Source: an uncultured virus (IMG/VR IMGVR_UViG_3300025848_000037)
Taxonomy: Duplodnaviria; Heunggongvirae; Uroviricota; Caudoviricetes
Virus record (IMG/VR): IMGVR_UViG_3300025848_000037
Reading direction: 5' to 3' (one strand)
DNA length: 64,000 nt
Below are positions 17,693 through 27,345 of this stretch, piece by piece. How positions within the stretch are numbered: the first letter of the stretch is position 1; the number at the start of each line of letters is the position of its first letter. The notes under the pieces are model-generated. The model was not told the origin of the DNA. It ran no database searches and saw only the letters and a list, made by a program, of their open reading frames with translations. The position numbers and the translations under genes were made by a program.

Positions 17693-19315
17693 TTATGGCT
17701 GCACCTGAACCGTCCACCCAGGCGGAATTGTAGCTGGAGCTGGAGCTGGCGCAGGACGACCACCAAAGAATCCTGTCCTTGGTCTTGGAGGCAACGGCGC
17801 AACCGCCTCGGGTTTGGGCGGCAGCAAATGTTCAAACCCCGCAAAGTAGGCCTTCATCCTGTTGTAAATAGCCATTTCAATTTGGTGATACTCAGGGGTT
17901 GAAGGATCCAGGCCTTCCATGCTCTTTGACAACTGTCTGACGACTGGGTCTTGGGATACTCTCGCCAAAATGCGGTTGCGATTAATTTCATCAGCCGTAG
18001 GCTTAGATTCATCCTCCCGCTTTTCACGCGCTTCATTAGTCGCAGCATTGCGTTCGGAGACTGCAGCCATCCGCCTGTGATAGTCTGCGGATGACTCACC
18101 ATTACGGCGAGCTGTATCCGCTTGGAAGATATCAATCGGCATCTTGGCAGCAGTGGCTTCGGCCTGATAAATGTTTGCCGCCGTTGTGTAACGCCCTTGC
18201 TCCAACCGCTGGTAATCCATCTCCAGCTTGTCATAAGCAGCCTGGTCATCTTTTTGCTGCTTAAGCGCCGCAGTAATGCCATTAGCATCGCCGCGCCGAC
18301 GAGCATCGTCTTCCTTGGCCAGGTTACGGCGGAAGTCCAGATTAAGAGCGTCTTGCTTTTCGCGGATAGCGCGTTGCTCAGCCTCCAAACCCCGGGATGC
18401 TTTTGAGCTTGCCGCCGCTTGATAGCCAAACCCTTTGGTGGGATCAGCCGTAGCAAAGGCCTCAGCCTGGGCCATCAAGCGTTCGAGTGCATTGCCCTTG
18501 CGCTCTTCAGCCTGGCGCTCCTCGATGCCCTTTTGATATGCCCTTGCCTCGGCATATGGGTCTTCGGACACGCCGGCAACCCTTTGGATTTCCTTTTGCC
18601 GTGCCGCTGCCTGCTCAACAGTCATGTCTTCAGGACGGGTGGCTTGCGGACGCGGGATCGTAGGCAGGCCAGCAAAGATTTCCTCTTGGCTGCGCGGGCC
18701 TTGGATCGTTTGATTGCCCAGCTTGTATGTGGCCCGGGGCGGATATTTAATTGGGGGCTCTTTATCAGAGTCCGGCCTCATCATTTCCAGGTCGCGGCGG
18801 TACTCCCGCTCGGACTTCCTAAACTCATCGTTGGTGCTTCCGCCCCCATCAAACGCCACGATTCCGCCAGTAGCGTAGCTCTTGGCTTTGAACATGTTGT
18901 TGACAGGGATGGACATCAACCCACCGCTAGCCGCCTGCATCGGCGTCGCCGTTGGGTTCACCTGCTGGGGCGCTTGCGTGGGGTTAACCTGCTGAGGTGC
19001 CTGGGTAGGGTTAACCATCGGTGCCGCAGAAGCCAAGCTCGCGCCCTGTGCCGGCAACGTTGGGTTGGCTGGCTGGGGCTGTCCCCGACCCGTAAGCGCG
19101 GCGATGGTCTGGTCTTTTACCGACGCCTGCGGGCCATTGAAGTCTTGCGACGTTCTTTCAATTTGGCTACGTCGGCTCAGCTCCATGAGCGCAAGAAATG
19201 AAGGCACCGCCGGGTTGGACCCGTTGGCGTAGTTCATCAAATCCAGCGTTGAAACCCGAGTCGGGTTTTGCAGAAGCGACTGAATTTCAATCAGGTTTTG
19301 TGATGCTTCGCTCAT
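17693..19315 (-). CDS. Internal virion/ejection protein
   Basis: AASGGLMS and YATGGIVAF motifs, helical Ala/Gln-rich, position before giant gene. Confidence 0.6.
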   Translation of the reverse strand: MSEASQNLIEIQSLLQNPTRVSTLDLMNYANGSNPAVPSFLALMELSRRSQIERTSQDFNGPQASVKDQTIAALTGRGQPQPANPTLPAQGASLASAAPMVNPTQAPQQVNPTQAPQQVNPTATPMQAASGGLMSIPVNNMFKAKSYATGGIVAFDGGGSTNDEFRKSEREYRRDLEMMRPDSDKEPPIKYPPRATYKLGNQTIQGPRSQEEIFAGLPTIPRPQATRPEDMTVEQAAARQKEIQRVAGVSEDPYAEARAYQKGIEERQAEERKGNALERLMAQAEAFATADPTKGFGYQAAASSKASRGLEAEQRAIREKQDALNLDFRRNLAKEDDARRRGDANGITAALKQQKDDQAAYDKLEMDYQRLEQGRYTTAANIYQAEATAAKMPIDIFQADTARRNGESSADYHRRMAAVSERNAATNEAREKREDESKPTADEINRNRILARVSQDPVVRQLSKSMEGLDPSTPEYHQIEMAIYNRMKAYFAGFEHLLPPKPEAVAPLPPRPRTGFFGGRPAPAPAPATIPPGWTVQVQP

Positions 19316-20463
19316 TCTTCATCCCTCGAAGGAGTCCCGCCAATGTAATCAGGGAAATTTGCGTAATCTTCTGGAAGAACTGTATCGATCCCGCCACCAA
19401 TGTAATCAGGGAAATTTGCATAATCATCTGGATTAACTGTATCGGCTCCAGGAGTTCCTCCGATGTAATCCGGGAAATTTGCATAGTCGCTCGGGTTAGT
19501 ACTGTAGGTATCTCCAGAATTGAAATTAATACCCAACGACTTTAGCGTTTTTGCAATGACGTCCGGCGTTATGCCGGCTTCCTTCATGTTCTTGACAATC
19601 GATGCAACACCTGCCGACGAGCCAACCAGTTGCTGCAGCGTGCTGGGTTGGGCACTGTACGTGTTAACCGTTGTGCCTCCAGGCATGTTACGAATCAGAT
19701 CTGCCTGAGTCTTCAACATTTCGGGCGTGTACTTGAGCTGGCGCAGGAACTCGTTGTACTGAGCATTCAATCCAGCTTGCTCCTGTTCCTGCTGGGTCTT
19801 GCCTGCCGTGGACAGCGCCTGCAGGTTTTGCAACCCGTATTGAGCTTCCTGAGCCCCAACGTTGCCCTGCGCTTGGCTTCCTTGAATTCCAGTCGTGATC
19901 CCTTTAAGCCCCAGGTCAGACGCATACTGCGCCGCCTTCATGGCGTTGTCGTAGGCGTCTTTGTATCCCTGGCTCGTTACTTTGGATTGCTCTTGCAGCA
20001 AATTACGGTTGGCCTCGCTTCTCAAAATAGCTTCCCGGCCACCACCATAACCACCAGCTTGCGTTAGCTTGGCCAGATACGGCTGCAGGTTGATCTGCGA
20101 TTGCCGACGCAACTCCTCCAGCTGCGGGTTTAGCGCATTCTGGATGTACGGGTTCATGTACGTGGTGACCGTTGACGGATCAAATCGGTAGTTTGATGCC
20201 TGCTGGCTTAGGTCACCCAAGCGCGAACCGGATTCTTTCAACGAACTGGGTAGCGTCAGATTAGACAACCCTTGCCATGCTTGGTTCTGTAGGTCTGACG
20301 TACCCGCCGTCATCTTACCTGTGTACGCGGGGGTTCCAGCATCAATAAGCGCTTGCCCTTTTTGCAGTACATCCTGCGCGTAGGGCTGAACGTCAGGACT
20401 TGGCGTCGTCGTTACTGACGTCGTCGGCGTGGCGCTCGTCCCAGGAGAAGTCAAAAGTGCCAT
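19312..20463 (-). CDS. Internal virion/ejection protein with C-terminal DYANFPDYIGG repeats
   Basis: YMNPYIQNAL..., AGGYGGGR, Gln/Ala-rich pilot-like composition. Confidence 0.6.
   Translation of the reverse strand: MALLTSPGTSATPTTSVTTTPSPDVQPYAQDVLQKGQALIDAGTPAYTGKMTAGTSDLQNQAWQGLSNLTLPSSLKESGSRLGDLSQQASNYRFDPSTVTTYMNPYIQNALNPQLEELRRQSQINLQPYLAKLTQAGGYGGGREAILRSEANRNLLQEQSKVTSQGYKDAYDNAMKAAQYASDLGLKGITTGIQGSQAQGNVGAQEAQYGLQNLQALSTAGKTQQEQEQAGLNAQYNEFLRQLKYTPEMLKTQADLIRNMPGGTTVNTYSAQPSTLQQLVGSSAGVASIVKNMKEAGITPDVIAKTLKSLGINFNSGDTYSTNPSDYANFPDYIGGTPGADTVNPDDYANFPDYIGGGIDTVLPEDYANFPDYIGGTPSRDEE
19335..19490 (-). repeat. Three in-frame repeats encoding DYANFPDYIGG
   Basis: ATGTAATC(A/C)GGGAAATTTGC at about 19343, 19400, 19463 (periods 57 and 63 nt). 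Confidence 0.85.
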
Positions 20464-20472
20464 GATGCTTCC

Positions 20473-22824
20473 TTATTTTGGCATGAATTTTTGCGGCTTG
20501 ATCTGCTTGCCTTGCTTAGGATTGCCCGTCCTAGCCTTGCGAACCCGGTTCATCATTTCATACAGAACACGCGACCCAGCTTCCGTTGAACCATTCCCCA
20601 AATGTGACACCACATCTGCGGGAATAACAAACTCCCCATCAGCCAGCCGCGCCGGCTGCTTATTAGCAATCGATGCAGGGATGTTGTCAGACATGCCATC
20701 ACCCGGGCCGCGAAGCAATCTGCCGCCGTCCGAGTAGGAGCCAAGCATACCGCCACCGGCCAGAGACATCAAACCACCAGCCGCTGCTTTTACCTTCGTA
20801 AACTTCGGGTTCAAAAACTGCTGGCCATACGCAATCCCGCGCTGGACTGGTTGGACATTCTGCTGGTTCCAGTCCATTTTAAGGACGTCCCTGGCTACAG
20901 CCTGCTGCTGCGGCGTCCCACTTGTCAGCGAGTCAAGTGCCGATACTGCACCAGCAGTCAAAAGCCCAGCTGCCGCCGCATTGATTATGTTCTGACTAAT
21001 GTCCCCTTTGGGCGCGGTGCTGGTCGAGCCAGACGCTGCCATTGTCCCGCCAATCGTTGGTGCCGCAGGTTTCGGTGTCGTTGGCTTTGCCGGCGCAGGC
21101 GTTGTTGCCGGCTGATTATCGGTAGCCGGGGTTGTATAAATAATTTCGTTTTTCTCGTTAATAGTGACGGTGCTGCCGTCATCATTAACTATCGTGTTTG
21201 TGCCATCGCCGTTGGGCATCCACTGGGATGTCAGGCCGCCGTTGTCATAGATTTCCTTCAGCGTTTGCTGATAGGAATTTATATTCTGATCAGCAGGCAC
21301 CCCAAAGTTTTGCACCGGGTACTTTTCTGGATCATATCCAAATCTTTGAGCTACTGGATCTGACTGACCAACATCGCCCGGCACAATTGCCCCTGGCTCA
21401 GGAAATTCAGCCCGCGGCATTTCCGCTACTTCCGGCCTAACTGAAGCCGGCGCTACTGGCTCAACTGGAGCTGGTTCAACATTTTCTGTTGTGTTTTCCG
21501 TAACAGGCAAATCTGTGTTTGGCGAAATGTTAGAAAACATTTCATTGCTAGTTTGCAATTCTTTCAACGCTTTAACTATTTCAGGAGGAAGCCTGGCATA
21601 CAACTCTTCTTCGCTCTCCACTGCTGGAGCAGGCTGCTCCACGATTGATGGCAGCCCAGGTTCTTTCGTTTCCTCTGGAACTTGTTCCACTTTTACAGGC
21701 GCTGGCTCGACTGGCTTTTCGGTTCCAGCAATTGACGGCAACCCTGTTGCTTCGACTTCGGTCTGGGGCTGCACGGGCGCGGTTACCACGGGCTCTGGAG
21801 CAACCGCCGGAAGACCTTTTTTGTCAGACGCTTCCTGCATTGCACGCAATGCATAAAACGGTTCGTTGCCAAATCCATTTGCTTGTGCGTACTGCCGGGT
21901 TGCGTCGTCTGGCCATCCCAGACGTTTTGCTGTTTCATCTTTGTATGCAGCAATATCCCCGTTAAAAACTCGCCTGGTGTAATCGCCTGGCCAGCCTTCT
22001 TTTTGCGCTTCCAAATCAGCGGCTGACGGCTCAATCTGTTGCGGCTCGAATTCTGGAATTTCCGTGTCAGTTGCATCAGCCGTATATGTTGGCGCCTCCG
22101 CAACTTCGAATGTGTTGGGGTCAAAGGTTTGTGAGTCATCGACCTCAGTAGCGTTTACCAGCTGCTGCGGTATGCCTGCATCGGCAACGACGGGCGTTTC
22201 TTTGCTGGCAGTTGGCGTATCGTCTTTCAACGCCGATCTCAACGACGATATGCCTGACGAAACCAGCGCGTTAGTCGCGGCCTTGGCACCATCGCCGCCA
22301 GTAAGTTCTGAGGTGATACCAGCCTTTGCTGCTTGCTGGATAGGTTTGGGCAGCTCCTTAAAAGCATCAATTCCTTCAGCAGCTGCGTTTACTCCAGACG
22401 AAACTGCAGAGGTAAGGAATGCCTGAGCAGGATCCTGCCCTGTTACTTCAGCCACCACGGCTTTTGCTGTAGCTTTACCAGCAGCATCCGCCAGCGCAGT
22501 GCTCATCCCAAGGTCAGCAAACGCAGTAGTGGCAACACTTGCCACCTCAGCGCCAGCAACAGGAATGACCGCTGAAATAAGTGCCTTCTCAACATCCCCG
22601 CCATTAATTGCCGCGTTGACAATTGTGTTGCCAACAACAGTGGCTACGGCTCCACTGCCCAGTCCAAGCGCAGATCCAATTGCTGTTCCAACCCCGGGAG
22701 CAAAAACACTAATAGCTACTGCCGCCAGCAGTTTTGGATCCTCAACAACCTTTTCGACTGTTTGGACAACCGGTTGGATGATTGCATCATCCCACCTTGG
22801 ACCCATCTTTTTTAAGTATCCCAT
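20473..22824 (-). CDS. Internal virion protein
   Basis: Hydrophobic Gly/Ala N-terminus, acidic Pro-rich middle, C-terminal GPGDGMSDNIPA...ARLADGEFVIPADVV. Confidence 0.6.
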   Translation of the reverse strand: MGYLKKMGPRWDDAIIQPVVQTVEKVVEDPKLLAAVAISVFAPGVGTAIGSALGLGSGAVATVVGNTIVNAAINGGDVEKALISAVIPVAGAEVASVATTAFADLGMSTALADAAGKATAKAVVAEVTGQDPAQAFLTSAVSSGVNAAAEGIDAFKELPKPIQQAAKAGITSELTGGDGAKAATNALVSSGISSLRSALKDDTPTASKETPVVADAGIPQQLVNATEVDDSQTFDPNTFEVAEAPTYTADATDTEIPEFEPQQIEPSAADLEAQKEGWPGDYTRRVFNGDIAAYKDETAKRLGWPDDATRQYAQANGFGNEPFYALRAMQEASDKKGLPAVAPEPVVTAPVQPQTEVEATGLPSIAGTEKPVEPAPVKVEQVPEETKEPGLPSIVEQPAPAVESEEELYARLPPEIVKALKELQTSNEMFSNISPNTDLPVTENTTENVEPAPVEPVAPASVRPEVAEMPRAEFPEPGAIVPGDVGQSDPVAQRFGYDPEKYPVQNFGVPADQNINSYQQTLKEIYDNGGLTSQWMPNGDGTNTIVNDDGSTVTINEKNEIIYTTPATDNQPATTPAPAKPTTPKPAAPTIGGTMAASGSTSTAPKGDISQNIINAAAAGLLTAGAVSALDSLTSGTPQQQAVARDVLKMDWNQQNVQPVQRGIAYGQQFLNPKFTKVKAAAGGLMSLAGGGMLGSYSDGGRLLRGPGDGMSDNIPASIANKQPARLADGEFVIPADVVSHLGNGSTEAGSRVLYEMMNRVRKARTGNPKQGKQIKPQKFMPK
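21676..21689. repeat. Palindrome TGGAACTTGTTCCA copy
   Basis: Exact match inside CDS. Confidence 0.8.
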
Positions 22825-23207
22825 TACAGCCTCACTTTGGCGACGTAGCGGCCATCTTTTTTGTCAATTTTGACTTCATGTTTTGGAGCAATAAATGCTT
22901 TGAACAGGTCTGAAATTTTGGCGTTTTCGTAGGGAGTTGATGCTGTTTTGTAGCCAAGTTTTTGCAGCATCTCAAAAAACTTGAGCACATTTTTGGCCAG
23001 GTTTTCAGGGGTGTCTGCATTAAAGCAGTGGAATTCAGCGTTCCCTACACCGCCGGCGTTACCAAACAAAATCAACGTATTGCCCTGCTGAACCAATTTA
23101 CTATTCCCGCGTAGCTCTTCATTGATGATTGCCATCAAGTTACCAGCCTTGGTTCCGGGCGGGTGGTTGCGCTTAGCGTCAACTTCAAGGATTTCAGCAG
23201 GTGTCAT
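22824..23207 (-). CDS. Hypothetical protein
   Basis: TAATG coupling to next gene. Confidence 0.7.
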   Translation of the reverse strand: MTPAEILEVDAKRNHPPGTKAGNLMAIINEELRGNSKLVQQGNTLILFGNAGGVGNAEFHCFNADTPENLAKNVLKFFEMLQKLGYKTASTPYENAKISDLFKAFIAPKHEVKIDKKDGRYVAKVRL

Positions 23208-23224
23208 GATTGGCAGGGTTTAGC

Positions 23225-23238
23225 TGGAACTTGTTCCA
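23225..23238. repeat. Palindrome TGGAACTTGTTCCA copy (intergenic)
   Basis: Exact match in the 31-bp gap directly after the stop codon at 23239. Confidence 0.8.
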
Positions 23239-24615
23239 TTATGCGGTGAGATCCCAGAAGGATAAAGAGCCAACCGCGTCACCCGTGGTCGCGCCAGAAA
23301 CAGTCCTAATCTGGATTGAAATGATGTCGCTTACCCCGGCAAGCGAAACCCCGGGCTGGAGCGCCCAGTTGTAACCAGCCGGGTCAACCAACGGAACCGT
23401 GCCGCCAGCGCCACTGGACGACACATAATCTGTCTGAACAATTGTTCCGCCAGTGATGGCCGTGGCGGAAACGTCATACTCCACGTTTGAGTCCGTTGGC
23501 ATCGTGACCCACGACGCGCCCGTCAAGGTTGCATTTTTTACCAATGCCACTTCGTAGTTCTGGCTGGTTGTTGGCAGAACCTGGATTCGTCCAGGAACAA
23601 TCACCGCTCCAGGCGATGTGGATGCCAGTCTTATAGAAACAATCGGTTTGAATGTAGAGCCAATTGTTGTAACCGTTGTTGTGCGCCGCGCAATATGACC
23701 CGGCGAATACTGCTCATAACCGCCCTCCGAAACGACGGATGAGCAAATCTGCTTCAAACTTGAGGACGATGCCGTCGCTGCAGTATTAGTAATTTCGTAT
23801 CTTACTGGCAGCGTGGCAGTGGTCATGTACACGTTCTGGATGTCGTTAGCATTTTGGAACGTGTGGCAAACAATGTATTGGCCATCAATAATGAAGCCGC
23901 ACCGTACCGAGCCTACGCCCAGCCACTCAAAATCCATCCACAGAATCTGTGCCTTGGAAGTGTCCAGCGTCAACCCAGACGCGCCGGTGCCATCGAGCTT
24001 GTCGCCGTTCCAGTCTGATTGATTGACCGTCCTGGCATCAGACACAGAACCCGTTACATAGGACCGCAACACAAACGACTTGGTGCTGTCGGCCTGTTGG
24101 AAGAACACGCCGTTCTGGGTATTGAAGTAGCCAACCCGTTGACGCAGCCCCGTCTTGGCTGTGTTCATTACAAACGTTGCCAAACAAAGCAGCCCTTTCC
24201 CAGGCTGATACGGGAAGCTGCGGAACGTCTGGCGCACCACCTCAGAACCAGACGACGTAGTCACGTTCATGCGCAACGTGGACTCGTTCGACAGGTATGT
24301 TGTCGAACCGCCAGTAGCTGTGCTGGTATCAAACTGGGTGTCCGCCGCATATCGGTTCTGGCTGTCAAACAACGTGTAAGGCTGGCTTACACGTAGCCGT
24401 CCAAACGCATCGGTATTGGTACCATCAATTGATACGGGAAGAGTTGATGTGTTGGCCACAAGCTGCCCCACGATTTTGTTGAGCTGGTTAAAGTACAGGC
24501 GCAGGACATTGTTGAACTGCTCGTGATACCGCGAGTCATACTGAGTTGGTGCCAATGGCAGGTTTGGCGGAGCTACCCGCAGCAGCTCGTTTTCGGTGGT
24601 GACGATCAACGTCAT
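23239..24615 (-). CDS. Virion structural protein (tail-associated, beta-rich)
   Basis: PNLPLAPTQY..QFNNVLRLYF N-terminus; DAFGRLRVSQPYTLFD beta-rich domain. Confidence 0.6.
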   Translation of the reverse strand: MTLIVTTENELLRVAPPNLPLAPTQYDSRYHEQFNNVLRLYFNQLNKIVGQLVANTSTLPVSIDGTNTDAFGRLRVSQPYTLFDSQNRYAADTQFDTSTATGGSTTYLSNESTLRMNVTTSSGSEVVRQTFRSFPYQPGKGLLCLATFVMNTAKTGLRQRVGYFNTQNGVFFQQADSTKSFVLRSYVTGSVSDARTVNQSDWNGDKLDGTGASGLTLDTSKAQILWMDFEWLGVGSVRCGFIIDGQYIVCHTFQNANDIQNVYMTTATLPVRYEITNTAATASSSSLKQICSSVVSEGGYEQYSPGHIARRTTTVTTIGSTFKPIVSIRLASTSPGAVIVPGRIQVLPTTSQNYEVALVKNATLTGASWVTMPTDSNVEYDVSATAITGGTIVQTDYVSSSGAGGTVPLVDPAGYNWALQPGVSLAGVSDIISIQIRTVSGATTGDAVGSLSFWDLTA

Positions 24616-26726
24616 GTGTTACCTCTGCGGCCATCCGGGCGGATGTCGATTCGAGGTGAGCCCATCTGCCAGGTGCATCCCAGCTGGTCAGACTCCATCT
24701 GAATAATCATCTGGCGGCCTCGAACCCGAACGTAAACCTGGCCGGTGAACTGCTCGATGGGAACCGTGGCAGTCCTCACCACAGTAGCATTGTCGCTTCC
24801 GGCAACCGACGTCGGATTGTTATACCCTGAGCCCGAGTTCTGCATCGGGATCAATGTCAGCGTAGCCTGCGGGCTGGTGGCCGTCGATCCGCGGAACGTA
24901 ACGTCAGGCAGCATCCGCCACACAAAGCCAAACCGATCCCCATCATCGATGTCAAATTCCGATGAGCTAATCAGGGCATAGATCGATGCTGGGATTGCCG
25001 TGGCAGCATCATCAACACCATACTCATGGTTCACGATGTTGTTGATATACGTAGCAGCTATAGGGTAATCCCTTAGCCCAGAGTCCAGCCAAGCCGACCT
25101 GGCCATGTTCCCGTAGTACCAAACCCCTTCGCCGTTGTTTTCGAAGTAGTTGTAAACCACGTAGCGGTCAACCGTGTTTGAGTTGGCGCTGCAGTAGAAG
25201 AACCAAACCTCGTTGAATCCTTCATTGGTGCTGGCAAAAATCTGGTCAGCCTGCTGAAGGTTGATGTCGCCGTAGATGAATTGGCGAAGGTCACAACGCA
25301 GGGTCTGGATGCGGCCATCGTATTTGTAGAACTTGTCCACACCCATCCAGTACACGGCGCCAGACGCAACAGCTGCGGCGTTAGGGCTAGCAATCGAGAT
25401 GTTGTCCCCCAGCAGCTGGGTTTGCCACACCGCGGGAGCGCCTACATACTGAAACGAATACAGCGTCGAATCCGTCCACACCACAATTTCCTGGCGGGTT
25501 TGCAGGCATGTTACAACCGTAGATCCATGCGAAAGCAAAACACTGCCGGCCTGGTTGGTAGCCGCAGGCGTCCAATCAGTCAGGGATTCCTGATCAGACC
25601 AGCGAACCAGCATCTTTGACTGAACGGTACTTCCATAATCGTTAGTGCCAAATGCAAAAATAAACCGGTTTGTATCCGATACAAAAATGAATTCCTGAAT
25701 GATAGGAACATCACTTCCTCCGCTGAGGCTGGTCAACGGAATCCCTCTGGCAGAGATTGAATGAACCCCAGATTGCGTGCCACTAGTATTAATTGCCGTT
25801 CCGCCAGAAGTTGCAGCAACGTTGAATGTCACGCCAGCCGTGTTTACAACATAGTACGTCGTGCCCACCAAAAGGCCCGTGGGCAATGCACCCGTGGTTT
25901 GGAAAATAATTGGCGTGTTGTTGGCCAGAGCAATTGTTCCCGTAACAACGCACGGCGATGCAATCGTCATCGTGACGGTTGATGCCTGGTATCCAATCGT
26001 GGAACTCCAGTAATAGATCTGGCCGCCGCGGGGTGCGTATAGCAAGTCAGAGCCAAAGTTTGTCTGGCTCCAAATGCGGATAGCTTCGGCGGAACTTGTT
26101 CCAATACCCCATGCTCCAGAGCCCCAGAAGCCAGCGCCCCAGCCCGTGATTGGCGCAACCAACTCTGGGCCAGTATTGATTTGATAGACGGCATACACAG
26201 TACCGCCACCAGTTGTGCTGGAAGACGCTGTTCCAGAAACCAAAATGGTGTAGGTTGTTGTTGATGTTTTGGTGATCTGGTATTCGCCGTTAACGGTTAC
26301 CCCGCCAACAGCTGTGCCACCAGTAAATGTGACAAAGTCATTGTTCAGGTATCCACCGCCAGCATCAGTCACCGTCACCGTTGTGTATCCACCAGAGTTG
26401 GTGGCGGTGTTGGTTGTGAATGGATTTAACAATGTCACTACCGGCATTGTTGGGGTGATGTCGTAATACGCCCCGCCATTTTCAATGTAAAACTTGAGGT
26501 TCGTTCCAAGCCCCAGCAGGTTGGCGCCACCAAGCGTTACCCAGTTCCACAGTGACCGGCAAATGCCAAGGAACGTATTGGCCGAGATCCGCGCCCAGCC
26601 GCCAATCTTTTCAGGCGTACCCTGGCGAAAACGCACTTTGTCACTCTCGTACCAACCGTTTTCGTTGGTGTATCGAGTGTTCTCCCGATTGACCCCGGCT
26701 TTGAGTGTGAGCTTCTTTAGCGGCAT
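24612..26726 (-). CDS. Tail hub / DNA stabilisation protein (P22 gp10-like)
   Basis: KVRFRQGTPEKIGGW, VRWSDQES..DW, beta-propeller-like repeats, podovirus gene order. Confidence 0.65.
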   Translation of the reverse strand: MPLKKLTLKAGVNRENTRYTNENGWYESDKVRFRQGTPEKIGGWARISANTFLGICRSLWNWVTLGGANLLGLGTNLKFYIENGGAYYDITPTMPVVTLLNPFTTNTATNSGGYTTVTVTDAGGGYLNNDFVTFTGGTAVGGVTVNGEYQITKTSTTTYTILVSGTASSSTTGGGTVYAVYQINTGPELVAPITGWGAGFWGSGAWGIGTSSAEAIRIWSQTNFGSDLLYAPRGGQIYYWSSTIGYQASTVTMTIASPCVVTGTIALANNTPIIFQTTGALPTGLLVGTTYYVVNTAGVTFNVAATSGGTAINTSGTQSGVHSISARGIPLTSLSGGSDVPIIQEFIFVSDTNRFIFAFGTNDYGSTVQSKMLVRWSDQESLTDWTPAATNQAGSVLLSHGSTVVTCLQTRQEIVVWTDSTLYSFQYVGAPAVWQTQLLGDNISIASPNAAAVASGAVYWMGVDKFYKYDGRIQTLRCDLRQFIYGDINLQQADQIFASTNEGFNEVWFFYCSANSNTVDRYVVYNYFENNGEGVWYYGNMARSAWLDSGLRDYPIAATYINNIVNHEYGVDDAATAIPASIYALISSSEFDIDDGDRFGFVWRMLPDVTFRGSTATSPQATLTLIPMQNSGSGYNNPTSVAGSDNATVVRTATVPIEQFTGQVYVRVRGRQMIIQMESDQLGCTWQMGSPRIDIRPDGRRGNT

Positions 26727-26834
26727 GGCTATCCAATCAAGCGCGTTCAGCAGTGCAATGTTTAACTAGGCAGAGCAACATTTGCCAGCCCCGCGTGACC
26801 ACCCAGAATGCCGCCACTAAAGAGTTCAACCATG

Positions 26835-27116
26835 TTAGTAAGCTCCTTCAGCAAACACGTTTACGAACACGGTTCCATCTTCCAGCGCTTCAATCTCATG
26901 CCACTCACCAGCCACCAAATTCACAGGCTGGGTATCCTTGGTCATCTCCAACTGCCTACCTTCCTTGCGGACGATGCAACGCCCTGACGTGCAGATGGTT
27001 AGGTGGGAATACTCGTGGGAGTGCTGCGGCAACCCCTGCCCAGTATCGGCATGGTAGATGGCAAGCGTTGTCCCGTTCTGTGTAACGGTGAAACGCGGAT
27101 TGACAGCCTGTGTCAT
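26835..27116 (-). CDS. Cupin-domain protein
   Basis: PQHSHEYSH...WHEIEALED. Confidence 0.8.
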   Translation of the reverse strand: MTQAVNPRFTVTQNGTTLAIYHADTGQGLPQHSHEYSHLTICTSGRCIVRKEGRQLEMTKDTQPVNLVAGEWHEIEALEDGTVFVNVFAEGAY

Positions 27117-27340
27117 AGCGTCTGCGCCCCTTCAACCGTGGGCTGGACAGGAGCTGCTTCTGTCATCGGCTTGAACTGCTGGTCAGATGGGTCGTACCAA
27201 TACTGATCTGCTTGCACATAGTCGGGGCAGGCAGTCCAAAACAGCGTGTCAGCCACAGGAAAAGTCTCCCCATCGGGGACAACCTGCGCCACACGGTAGC
27301 CAGTTTTGCGGGGGTCCAAAGTGTCAATAAGTGCTTGCAT
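27113..27340 (-). CDS. Hypothetical tail-fibre-associated protein
   Basis: Follows fibre gene; ATGA overlap. Confidence 0.65.
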   Translation of the reverse strand: MQALIDTLDPRKTGYRVAQVVPDGETFPVADTLFWTACPDYVQADQYWYDPSDQQFKPMTEAAPVQPTVEGAQTL

Positions 27341-27345
27341 GAAGA

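Noticed and set aside
19335..19490. CRISPR-like repeat-spacer pattern
   Set aside because: Only three units, in frame, with synonymous variation and related spacers; a protein repeat
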